Both the position numbers and the translations under genes were made by a program. 15,722 nt of DNA, taken from assembly GCA_016866975.1 (NCBI GenBank), contig VGKP01000017.1:1-15722 (forward strand), given 5' to 3'. The stretch is from Candidatus Pacearchaeota archaeon (GTDB lineage: Archaea; Nanobdellota; Nanobdellia; Pacearchaeales; GW2011-AR1). The notes under the pieces are model-generated. The model was not told the DNA's origin. It saw only the letters and a program-made list of their open reading frames with translations, and did no database searches. Numbering within the stretch: the first letter of the stretch is position 1; each line of letters opens with the position of its first letter. Below, one piece after another: positions 1-7,091 of the stretch.

Positions 1-1434
1 CTTTATCGGATTCTCATAGCAAGGTCTTTTGGACCAGAAGAATATGGACTTTTTTCTCTTGCAACAATGGTGGTAATACTTTTTGTTTCTCTTGCATCCT
101 TAGGAATACCTGAAGGATTGGTAAGGTTTATCGCACTCTATCGGGGGAATAAGAATGTAAAAAAGATAGGAGCTCTTGTGAAGTCTGCCTTGGGATTTCT
201 TATCTTTACAAGTGTCGTTACCAGCATCGCACTAATCATGCTCACACCTTGGATTTCACTCAACTTATTCCACACAGATAAACTAATTCCCTATCTTTAT
301 CTCGCAGCTCTTGCAATCCCCTTCTATACGATTGCAAATGTGTATCTCTCTGTCCTGCGCGCTTTTGAAAAAATAGCTTCCTATTCATTCATTCTTAATT
401 TTATGCAAAATTTCACGAAAATTGCAGCCCTTGCTATCTTTGTCTTCTTCGGCATGAAAATAAATGCCATCATGTTCTCCTATGTTCTCGGGATTCTAGC
501 AATGTTTTTGGCAGCATTTGTGGCAGTAAAAGTGAAGCTCGCTCATAACCTAAAGGTTCAAAAAGGGGGGCGAGGGTTAAATCCTCTCAGAGAAATTTTC
601 TCTTACTCCTGGCCACTCTCTCTTTTAAGTGTCGCGTCTTTTATTCTTTACTGGGTTGACAGCTTTACCATAGGCTACTTTAGGAATCCTGTCGAAGTGG
701 GGCTCTACAATGTGGCTGTTCCTCTTGCCGCAATTGTCATGATTGTACCTGACTTGATTATTCAGCTCTTCTTTCCCTTAGTGACCAAGGAGTATTCGCG
801 GAAGAATTATTCACTCATTCAGGAACTCAGCAAGCAAGCCACAAAATGGGTGTTTCTAGTCAATGTCCCTCTAACGCTCATTATCCTCCTCTTTCCAGGA
901 GTCATCATTAATTTCTTTTTCGGCTCAACGTATCTTGCCGCAGAACAATCTTTGCAGCTGCTCACTCTTGGCTCTCTTTTCGGCTCTTTGAGCATTATTC
1001 CGGCACATCTCATCTCCATGATTGGAAAATCAAAGCTGATGCTCGGGAATACTTTGGCGATGCTGGCTCTCAATGTGGTTCTGAATATTCTCTTGGTGCC
1101 GCGATATGGGATGGCGGGAGCAGCATTTTCAACGATGGTCATCTTTATCTGCATCAGTATCATCTACGGGATTCAATGCAGGAAGTTTCTTGCATTCATT
1201 CCTGTGCGGAGAAAGATGATAGAAATCTTCTTTTTTTCTTTAATTCCACTTCTCATAGTCATAGGGTTAAAAAGTTTTCTTATTCTTACCCCTCTAGTCC
1301 TTATCGCGCTGGGGATCGTTTTTCTCCTCATCTATGCAGCAATCATCTGGATATTCAAATGCCTGGACCATCACGACATCTACATTATAAGGATTTTTCT
1401 TCAAAAGTTGAAAATTCCTGAAAAGCAACGCTAA
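1..1434 (+). CDS. Wzx/MATE-like oligosaccharide flippase (polysaccharide biosynthesis protein), 5'-truncated by the window edge
   Basis: Frame 1 is open from base 1 (LYRILIARSFGPEEYGLFSLATM...), giving the typical flippase N-terminal 'AR.(L/F)GPEEYG' motif, so the true start is outside the window. Many hydrophobic TM segments, 'VGLYNVA' and 'LNILLVPRYGMAGAA' flippase motifs. Stop TAA at 1432-1434. Confidence 0.9.
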   Translation, partial: LYRILIARSFGPEEYGLFSLATMVVILFVSLASLGIPEGLVRFIALYRGNKNVKKIGALVKSALGFLIFTSVVTSIALIMLTPWISLNLFHTDKLIPYLYLAALAIPFYTIANVYLSVLRAFEKIASYSFILNFMQNFTKIAALAIFVFFGMKINAIMFSYVLGILAMFLAAFVAVKVKLAHNLKVQKGGRGLNPLREIFSYSWPLSLLSVASFILYWVDSFTIGYFRNPVEVGLYNVAVPLAAIVMIVPDLIIQLFFPLVTKEYSRKNYSLIQELSKQATKWVFLVNVPLTLIILLFPGVIINFFFGSTYLAAEQSLQLLTLGSLFGSLSIIPAHLISMIGKSKLMLGNTLAMLALNVVLNILLVPRYGMAGAAFSTMVIFICISIIYGIQCRKFLAFIPVRRKMIEIFFFSLIPLLIVIGLKSFLILTPLVLIALGIVFLLIYAAIIWIFKCLDHHDIYIIRIFLQKLKIPEKQR

Positions 1435-1453
1435 CATCACTATTGGAATTACA

Positions 1454-1466
1454 GAAACCTTAAATA
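1454..1466 (+). promoter_or_regulatory. Archaeal-type BRE + TATA box (GAAAC-CTTAAATA)
   Basis: CTTAAATA at 1459-1466 preceded by a purine-rich BRE-like GAAA. Its last base is 22 nt before the ATG at 1488. Confidence 0.7.
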
Positions 1467-1487
1467 CCTCTCCAGAATCTTATGCTT

Positions 1488-2081
1488 ATGAACGGATTAG
1501 TGAAAAAAGAAGATCTTATTTCCTTTGAAAAAGAAGTGGAGCAACTTTATATCGATAAGAAAATTCGATCCCCTGTGCACGCATCAGGAGGGAATGAGGA
1601 AGAGCTTGTTGCGATTTTCAAGAATATTCACCCTAAAGATTGGGTTTTTACAACGTATCGGAGCCATTATCATGCGCTGCTCAAGGGGATATCCCGGGAA
1701 TGGTTGCTCAAGGAAGTTCTTGAAAATCATAGCATCCATATTATGAGTAAGGAGCACAGGTTTGTGAGCTCATCTATCGTCGGAGGAACACTGCCCTCTG
1801 CGCTCGGCGTAGCATGGGCAATCAAAAGAAAAGAGGAAAAGCGGCACGTCTGGGTATTCTGTGGGGATATGGCTTCAGAGAGCGGGGTTTTTCATGAATG
1901 TGCCAAATATGCCCGGCGCAACAATCTCCCGATGACGTTTGTTGTCGAGGATAACGGCTGGAGTGTTGATACTCCAACGCAGAAAGTCTGGGGCGGTCAG
2001 GATTCAGGCCCCAACGTATTGAGGTATACTTATGAAAGGACGTATCCCCATTATGGATTCGGAGTCTGGGTGATGTTCTGA
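1488..2081 (+). CDS. Minimal TPP-dependent dehydrogenase E1 alpha-like subunit (PDH/2-oxoacid dehydrogenase family)
   Basis: Motifs 'SPVHASGGNE', 'TYRSHYHALLKG', 'SSIVGG', and TPP/Mg motif 'GDMASESG...VVEDN' (GDG-X24-27-N variant). About 197 aa. Start 1488 preferred from TATA spacing; 1482 is the alternative. Confidence 0.85.
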   Translation: MNGLVKKEDLISFEKEVEQLYIDKKIRSPVHASGGNEEELVAIFKNIHPKDWVFTTYRSHYHALLKGISREWLLKEVLENHSIHIMSKEHRFVSSSIVGGTLPSALGVAWAIKRKEEKRHVWVFCGDMASESGVFHECAKYARRNNLPMTFVVEDNGWSVDTPTQKVWGGQDSGPNVLRYTYERTYPHYGFGVWVMF

Positions 2082-2653
2082 TGGGCGATTATTTTGATGA
2101 ACTCAAGAAATCCATGCAATTTCTCGCGCAGGACATACGGGTTATTTTCGTGGGCCAAACCGTCGGATACAAAGGGACTGCTTTCTTTAAAACACTTGAA
2201 GGCATTTCAGAAACGCAACGCCTTGAGCTTCCTGTCTTTGAGGACGTGCAGATGGGGATGACCATTGGATTAAGCTTCGAAGGCTACATTCCTGTTTCTT
2301 TTTTCCCTCGCATGGACTTCATGGTATTAGGATTCAATCAGTTGGTCAATCATCTCGACAAGATGGAAGAGATGTCGTCAGGACAGTTTAAGCCCAAGAT
2401 TATCATTCGTACAGCCATCGGGAGTGTAAAGCCTCTATTTCCCGGGCCGCAGCATTGTCAAGATCATGTTGACGCGCTGAAGCTGATGCTGAAGAATGTT
2501 GATGTGATCAAGCTTACACGAAAAGAAGATGTGTTCCCTGCCTATCAAAAGGCTCTCACGAGCGAGAAGTCGACAATTATTGTGGAGCTTCCCGATCTTT
2601 ATCATGCAGATTCTTCAGAGGAATTTTCTGGGATTCCAGGATCAAAACCATGA
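2081..2653 (+). CDS. TPP-dependent E1 beta-like subunit, pyrimidine-binding domain only
   Basis: Motifs 'ELPVFEDVQMGMTIGLSFEG' (cofactor-activating Glu), 'DF...FNQLVN', 'GPQH'. 190 aa with no C-terminal domain. TGATG stop/start overlap with the alpha gene. Confidence 0.85.
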   Translation: MGDYFDELKKSMQFLAQDIRVIFVGQTVGYKGTAFFKTLEGISETQRLELPVFEDVQMGMTIGLSFEGYIPVSFFPRMDFMVLGFNQLVNHLDKMEEMSSGQFKPKIIIRTAIGSVKPLFPGPQHCQDHVDALKLMLKNVDVIKLTRKEDVFPAYQKALTSEKSTIIVELPDLYHADSSEEFSGIPGSKP

Positions 2654-3777
2654 GAGTTGAATTTGGTGACTTGCGCCTCGATGAAGCAGCAAAAGAGAAT
2701 CTGCTGGACTGTATAGCAAAAAACTGGATCTCGGGAGGGCCCAAAGTAAAGCAATTCGAGGAGGAATGGGGAAATCTCTTCGGGTACAAGCACAATTTTG
2801 CAGTATATTCTGGAACTGGGGGCGACATCGGAGCCTGTATGGCACTTTACGATCTCGGCGCGCAGCGCGGAGATGAAATTATCGCGCCAGCGCTCGCTTT
2901 TGCCGCCGTCGGAGAGGCAATTCTGCAGGCAGGGTTTAAGCCTGTATTTGTAGATGTGGAAAAGGAGACGCTAAATATCGATCCAAAGATCATTGAGCAG
3001 AAAATTACTCCACGTACGCGCGCAATTCTTGTTGCGCATACCATGGGAAAGCCGTGCGAGATGGATTCCATCATGGAAATAGCAAGGAAACACAACCTCA
3101 TCGTGATAGAGGATTCCTGCGAGGCTCATGGGGCAAAGTACAAGGGAAAATTTATCGGGAATTGGGGCGACATGGCTGTCTTTAGCTTCTATATCGCACA
3201 CCTCATCTGTTGCGGCGAGGGAGGGATGATTTCAACGAATAACGAACGCATTGCGCAGATTCTCTCCTCAGTGCGTTCCCACGGAAGAAAAGGAGGTCAG
3301 CTCTATTTTGATCATGAGAGACTCGGCTCCAACTTAAAGATGAATGACATGGAGGCCGCAGTTGGCCTATCAGAAGTTAAGAAGTTTTGGTGGACGTTCG
3401 ATACAAGAAAGAAGAACCTTATTTATTTGCTGTATAAGATGAAGGACTTGCAGAAATATGCCTATTTCAATCTAGAGGGCTCAAACGATGTAGTATGTGC
3501 ACATGGATTTACTGTGACTATGAAAGATCCAAAATATAACTGCGCAGCACTCTATAGGTTCTTGGAAGACAACTCTATAAAGTGTAAGAGAAATTTCGGA
3601 AGTATGCCTACTCAACATAAGGCATTTGCTTTCCTAGGCCATAAGCTCGGAGAATTTCCGGAATCAGAGTATATTGGAGATCACGGATTGCATTTCGGAG
3701 TGCATCAATTCTTGTCATTAGACGATCTGGATTACATCTCTGAAAAGATGCATGAATATTTTAAGAGATTTGAGTAA
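2650..3777 (+). CDS. DegT/DnrJ/EryC1/StrS-fold PLP/PMP enzyme, His-type: probable NDP-4-keto-6-deoxysugar C3-dehydratase (ColD-like)
   Basis: Family motifs 'WISGGPKVKQFE', 'IEDSCEAHGA', 'GEGGM'. The active-site segment SFYIAHLICCGEGG has His where aminotransferases have Lys (SFxxxKxxxxGEGG). ATGA overlap with the E1 beta stop. Confidence 0.85.
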   Translation: MRVEFGDLRLDEAAKENLLDCIAKNWISGGPKVKQFEEEWGNLFGYKHNFAVYSGTGGDIGACMALYDLGAQRGDEIIAPALAFAAVGEAILQAGFKPVFVDVEKETLNIDPKIIEQKITPRTRAILVAHTMGKPCEMDSIMEIARKHNLIVIEDSCEAHGAKYKGKFIGNWGDMAVFSFYIAHLICCGEGGMISTNNERIAQILSSVRSHGRKGGQLYFDHERLGSNLKMNDMEAAVGLSEVKKFWWTFDTRKKNLIYLLYKMKDLQKYAYFNLEGSNDVVCAHGFTVTMKDPKYNCAALYRFLEDNSIKCKRNFGSMPTQHKAFAFLGHKLGEFPESEYIGDHGLHFGVHQFLSLDDLDYISEKMHEYFKRFE

Positions 3778-3779
3778 GG

Positions 3780-5927
3780 TTAGGTCTTATGCCTATTTTG
3801 CCAGATTTGAGTTCCTCCCAATTCAAAATGGAACGGCATTATCTCGGCGCCAGCTTGCTCAAGGACATGTACAAGAGCATTTCTCCTCTTTAATGCCGTA
3901 AAGAAGAGCAGATAGCCTCCATTCCCCGCACCGAGAAGCCTGCCTCCTTCGGCACCGTTGCCCATGCCAAGTTCATAAAGCATGTTCACTCGCGCGGTAG
4001 ACGCGAGAGGAGATATTTTCTTTTTAGTCTCCCAGGATTCATGGAGTGTTTTTCCAAAGAGGTCAAGCCTATGCGTCAACAGAAAGTCTTTCGCTTCAAT
4101 GGCTATCTTTTTCATCTTTTGCAGGAGAGCTACGGTGTCATCAGTATTACTCTTAAAATTCTCTTCTTGCCTCGAATGCACATCACTAGATACATGAGAT
4201 GTGCCTACATAACACAAAACAAGGCGATGGTTAAGTTCTTGGATTACTTCTTCTTTCAGGCGGAGGGGATAAATGATGTTCTTTTCCTCATTAAACTCGA
4301 TAAAATTAAAGCCGCCAGTGACCGCAGCATACTGATCTTGCCATCCTCCCTTGATTTTGAGTTCTTCAAAGTGCGCTTTGTAGGCAAGTTCGGCAATTTT
4401 ATACGAGTCGTAGCTTGTTTCTTGCAGATGGTTGAGGAGACTGATAACGAGAACAGCAAGGCTCGCGCTGGATCCCAAGCCTCTCCCTGGAGGGATATCA
4501 TTATGAAGGTAAATCTCAAATCCGAAATCAGGTTTCATGACCTTGATTGCCGCCTTAACCATGTCAAGAGTACCATCGTATAAGAGTGCTTCAGCAGACC
4601 GTGCAACTATATCTCTACCTCGAGTAAGATCGGAATCGATAATAATCTTCTTATCGGCTCGCTTAACGATAGTAGCATGGCAATATTTGTCAATGGTTGC
4701 ATTGATGACTGCCCCTCCATATGTTCCAAAAAAATACGGGAGATCCGTGCCGCCACCGCCAAAGCTTATTCTCAAGGGAGATTTTCCACTGATAATAGGG
4801 AATGTCTCTCTTTTTAAGAGTTCAGTGCCGAAGACAATGTCCTTGATAATGCCCTTCTCATCAACAATCGGGAGATGCCTGATGCCCACCGACATGATAG
4901 AGGTGCGTTTTTCCTCGCTGTCCGTATGCTGAGCAGTGATAGGATTCACCACCATGGCGTGCGCAACCTGATCTGCGATATTTCCACCGCGTAAAATAAA
5001 TTCTTTGATGATTCGATCATTGATAATACCTTTGAGTTTTTTTTCAGAATCAGTGACGAGGAGGATATTGATGCCGCTCTTGCTGATTTTCTGCATCGCT
5101 TCACGTACAATAGCATGTTCTTGCAGAATCAAAGTATTTAATACATCCTCTTTGAATTTTTCATGGGTTTCAGGCCTGCCGATATCCATAAAATAACCGT
5201 CTTCAAGGTATCCAAACAAGTTTCTTTCGCGTGCAAGGATAGGGAAGATTTCCTTTTCAAGAGAGATTTTTGAGCCAGATGCAATGTACTGGAAGATGCG
5301 AGAATCAAGAACATAAATCCCTCTGTTGACAATGCCTGTTCCTACGCCTTCTTTTTCGCTGAATTGAGAAATTATATTGCCTTCAAGAACAACATTGCCG
5401 TAGTGGAGCGATTCTGAAGTTTTGAAGAGGCTGATAGTGAATTGATGCTCATGGCTTGAATGGAAGTTCAGAAGTTTTCTGATGTTGATATGAGAATAAG
5501 AATCGCCATTGAGGACAAGGAAAGGCCCGCCCCCAAGATATTTTTCCGCATTCTTGATAGCTCCTCCGGTTCCAAGAGGAGTTTCCTCTTCAGAATAAGT
5601 GATGTCAGTATTCCATCTCCTGCCATCACCAAAATAGGATTTTATCTTGTCTGAGAGATGATGGACTGCAAGGACGATTTCAGTAACACCCTGGTCACGC
5701 AGGAAACGGATTTGGTGTTCAAGGAAGGGTTTGCCCGCAAACAAAGCCATGGGCTTGGGAATTTCATCTCCTAGGACAGGCTTTAGGCGCGTACCGAATC
5801 CACCTGCAAGAATAAGTGCTTTTACAGGGTAGGGGAGGTCTTTCTTGGCTTCAATGACTTCTTCTTCCCCGAGGGAACGATACACGTCGTGCGCAGAAGT
5901 AATGGAGGTATTCATAGGATTAGGCAT
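3780..5927 (-). CDS. Triple fusion: sugar-1-phosphate nucleotidyltransferase (HddC/GDP-mannose pyrophosphorylase-like) + CBS pair + GHMP sugar kinase (HddA, heptose-7-phosphate kinase-like)
   Basis: N-terminal 'ALILAGGFGTRL...PKPM', 'EETPLGTGGA', 'NGD', 'MDIGRPE'. Central CBS pair ('GINILLVTD...LKGII', 'GIRHLPIVDEKG'). C-terminal 'PLRISFGGGGTD', 'PPGRGLGSSAS', 'GGWQDQYAA', 'GGRLLGAGNGG'. Start at 5927 (overlaps upstream stop) or 5915; 5960 is unlikely. Confidence 0.9.
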   Translation of the reverse strand: MPNPMNTSITSAHDVYRSLGEEEVIEAKKDLPYPVKALILAGGFGTRLKPVLGDEIPKPMALFAGKPFLEHQIRFLRDQGVTEIVLAVHHLSDKIKSYFGDGRRWNTDITYSEEETPLGTGGAIKNAEKYLGGGPFLVLNGDSYSHINIRKLLNFHSSHEHQFTISLFKTSESLHYGNVVLEGNIISQFSEKEGVGTGIVNRGIYVLDSRIFQYIASGSKISLEKEIFPILARERNLFGYLEDGYFMDIGRPETHEKFKEDVLNTLILQEHAIVREAMQKISKSGINILLVTDSEKKLKGIINDRIIKEFILRGGNIADQVAHAMVVNPITAQHTDSEEKRTSIMSVGIRHLPIVDEKGIIKDIVFGTELLKRETFPIISGKSPLRISFGGGGTDLPYFFGTYGGAVINATIDKYCHATIVKRADKKIIIDSDLTRGRDIVARSAEALLYDGTLDMVKAAIKVMKPDFGFEIYLHNDIPPGRGLGSSASLAVLVISLLNHLQETSYDSYKIAELAYKAHFEELKIKGGWQDQYAAVTGGFNFIEFNEEKNIIYPLRLKEEVIQELNHRLVLCYVGTSHVSSDVHSRQEENFKSNTDDTVALLQKMKKIAIEAKDFLLTHRLDLFGKTLHESWETKKKISPLASTARVNMLYELGMGNGAEGGRLLGAGNGGYLLFFTALKRRNALVHVLEQAGAEIMPFHFELGGTQIWQNRHKT

Positions 5928-6870
5928 TTTTGTAGGGGTCGTCCTTGAGAAGCAAGGCATACCCTCGCATCAATTCCTGAATGCCGTCTTCAAGCGAAAC
6001 AGCTGGCAGAAATCCGGTTGCCATAATCTTCTTGTTAGAAACAATGTAATTTCTTTTGTCAGGATCTTCTCCGATTTTCATGGGAATCATTGCAAATTTA
6101 GGAACGTATTTTTTGATGGTCTCTGCAAGTTCCATTTTAGAGAGATTGGCATCTTCGAGGCCAACATTATAAATCTGATTTTTCATACTGTCAAAGTTCA
6201 CAATGCAATGCTCAAAACACCGCGCAACATCCCGTATGTGGATGTAATTTCTTTTAAAATGCGCCTCATAAATCACAACATAGCCGTCGCGCAAGGCTTT
6301 CAGGACAAAATCATTGACAAGCAAATCAGTGCGCATACGTGGAGAGATACCGAAAACCGTTGCAAGCCTAAGGGTAATCACATCCTTTCCCGATTTTGCG
6401 GCAGCAAGCAGATAGCGCTCTGCATCAGATTTTGTTCGTCCATACAATGAAATGGGTTCAAGAGGAGTTTCTTCCGTACAGAAGACATCGCCTGTCTTTG
6501 TCCCGTAGCCGCTGTTGGTCGTGGGATATATGAGCTTTTGCCTCGAAGTGCGAAGCTCATTGATGAGCACAATTGCCTCATAATTAATAGAAACCGCATC
6601 AAGTGGCTTTGCATCGCAGGCAGGCATGCCAACAATTGCGGCAAGCGGGATGATGACATCAAATTCAGGGAGAATTTCCACAAGTAGCTCTTTATTTCTC
6701 GCATCCCCATAGATAAAATTGAAACGAGGATTGCTCGCATAATGAAGAAGAGACCGTTGCTTATAGCTGAGATTGTCAAGGCACGTTACATTAAATCCTT
6801 TTTCTAGGAGATATCCGGCAAGGAAGCTTCCAAGATATCCTGCACCTCCCGTAATCAGCACTTTTTGCAT
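5920..6870 (-). CDS. Extended SDR, Cj1427-like GDP-heptose (NDP-sugar) C4-dehydrogenase
   Basis: 'KVLITGGAGYLGS', 'IIPLAAIVG', 'IYPTTNSGYG', YxxxK 'LYGRTK', 'RLATVFGISPRMRTDLLVNDF', 'HFKRNYIHIRDV', 'IGEDPDKRNYIVSN'. These closely match Campylobacter jejuni Cj1427c as I recall it (not aligned computationally). Start moved to MQKVL at 6870. Confidence 0.8.
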   Translation of the reverse strand: MQKVLITGGAGYLGSFLAGYLLEKGFNVTCLDNLSYKQRSLLHYASNPRFNFIYGDARNKELLVEILPEFDVIIPLAAIVGMPACDAKPLDAVSINYEAIVLINELRTSRQKLIYPTTNSGYGTKTGDVFCTEETPLEPISLYGRTKSDAERYLLAAAKSGKDVITLRLATVFGISPRMRTDLLVNDFVLKALRDGYVVIYEAHFKRNYIHIRDVARCFEHCIVNFDSMKNQIYNVGLEDANLSKMELAETIKKYVPKFAMIPMKIGEDPDKRNYIVSNKKIMATGFLPAVSLEDGIQELMRGYALLLKDDPYKNA

Positions 6871-6891
6871 TACACCATCTGCAAAGAGGGT

Positions 6892-6899
6892 TTTATAAA
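6892..6899 (-). promoter_or_regulatory. Archaeal-type TATA box TTTATAAA for the Cj1427-like/fusion operon
   Basis: Minus-strand TTTATAAA (6899..6892); last base 22 nt before the ATG at 6870. Confidence 0.7.
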
Positions 6900-6902
6900 G
6901 AA

Positions 6903-6967
6903 AGTGGTGGCGGAGTGATGAAGATATAATGGTGGGCTGAAGTAATTTCTCAACGAAAGCCACCACT
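6903..6967. other. Intergenic stem-loop closed by a 9-bp inverted repeat, containing GTGATGA and CTGA on the + strand
   Basis: AGTGGTGGC (6903-6911) is the reverse complement of GCCACCACT (6959-6967). Box-C-like GTGATGA at 6915-6921 and box-D-like CTGA at 6937-6940. Confidence 0.4.
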
Positions 6968-7039
6968 ACGCCAAAGAAGTACGTCCCCGACGACCCTCGT
7001 AGAACATAAAACATCATAATTGAAAATTCTCGAGTGTGC

Positions 7040-7061
7040 TCAAGGACAAGTATGTCCTTGA
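7040..7061. repeat. Perfect 9-bp inverted repeat with 4-nt loop (hairpin or regulator operator)
   Basis: TCAAGGACA-AGTA-TGTCCTTGA, 30 nt downstream of the minus-strand stop at 7092. Confidence 0.6.
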
Positions 7062-7091
7062 CATTGGAGGGTTATTCAAAGCTTTGTATAC

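Noticed and set aside
560-570. Homopolymer tracts as phase-variation sites (A5G6 at 560-570, T8 at 8171-8178, A8 near 12220)
   Set aside because: The tracts are short, reading frames are intact, and such runs are expected by chance in AT-rich sequence.
1488-2653. Housekeeping pyruvate dehydrogenase
   Set aside because: Both subunits are truncated, no E2/E3 gene is adjacent, and the pair is coupled to a sugar dehydratase.
5845-6450. 201-aa + strand ORF and the other 60-180 aa alternative-frame ORFs
   Set aside because: All overlap well-supported genes antisense or out of frame and have no recognisable motifs; treated as shadow ORFs.
6912-6958. Hammerhead ribozyme (GTGATGA/CTGAAGT ... CGAAA) or TPP/fluoride riboswitch
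   Set aside because: The core does not match CUGANGA with a proper stem II before GAAA, and the conserved riboswitch segments are absent.
6871-7017. Hydrophobic N-terminal extension (MMFYVLRG...) of the Cj1427-like SDR, a possible membrane anchor
   Set aside because: A TATA box sits 22 nt before the ATG at 6870, family homology starts at MQKVLITG, and there is no TATA at the matching distance from 7017.
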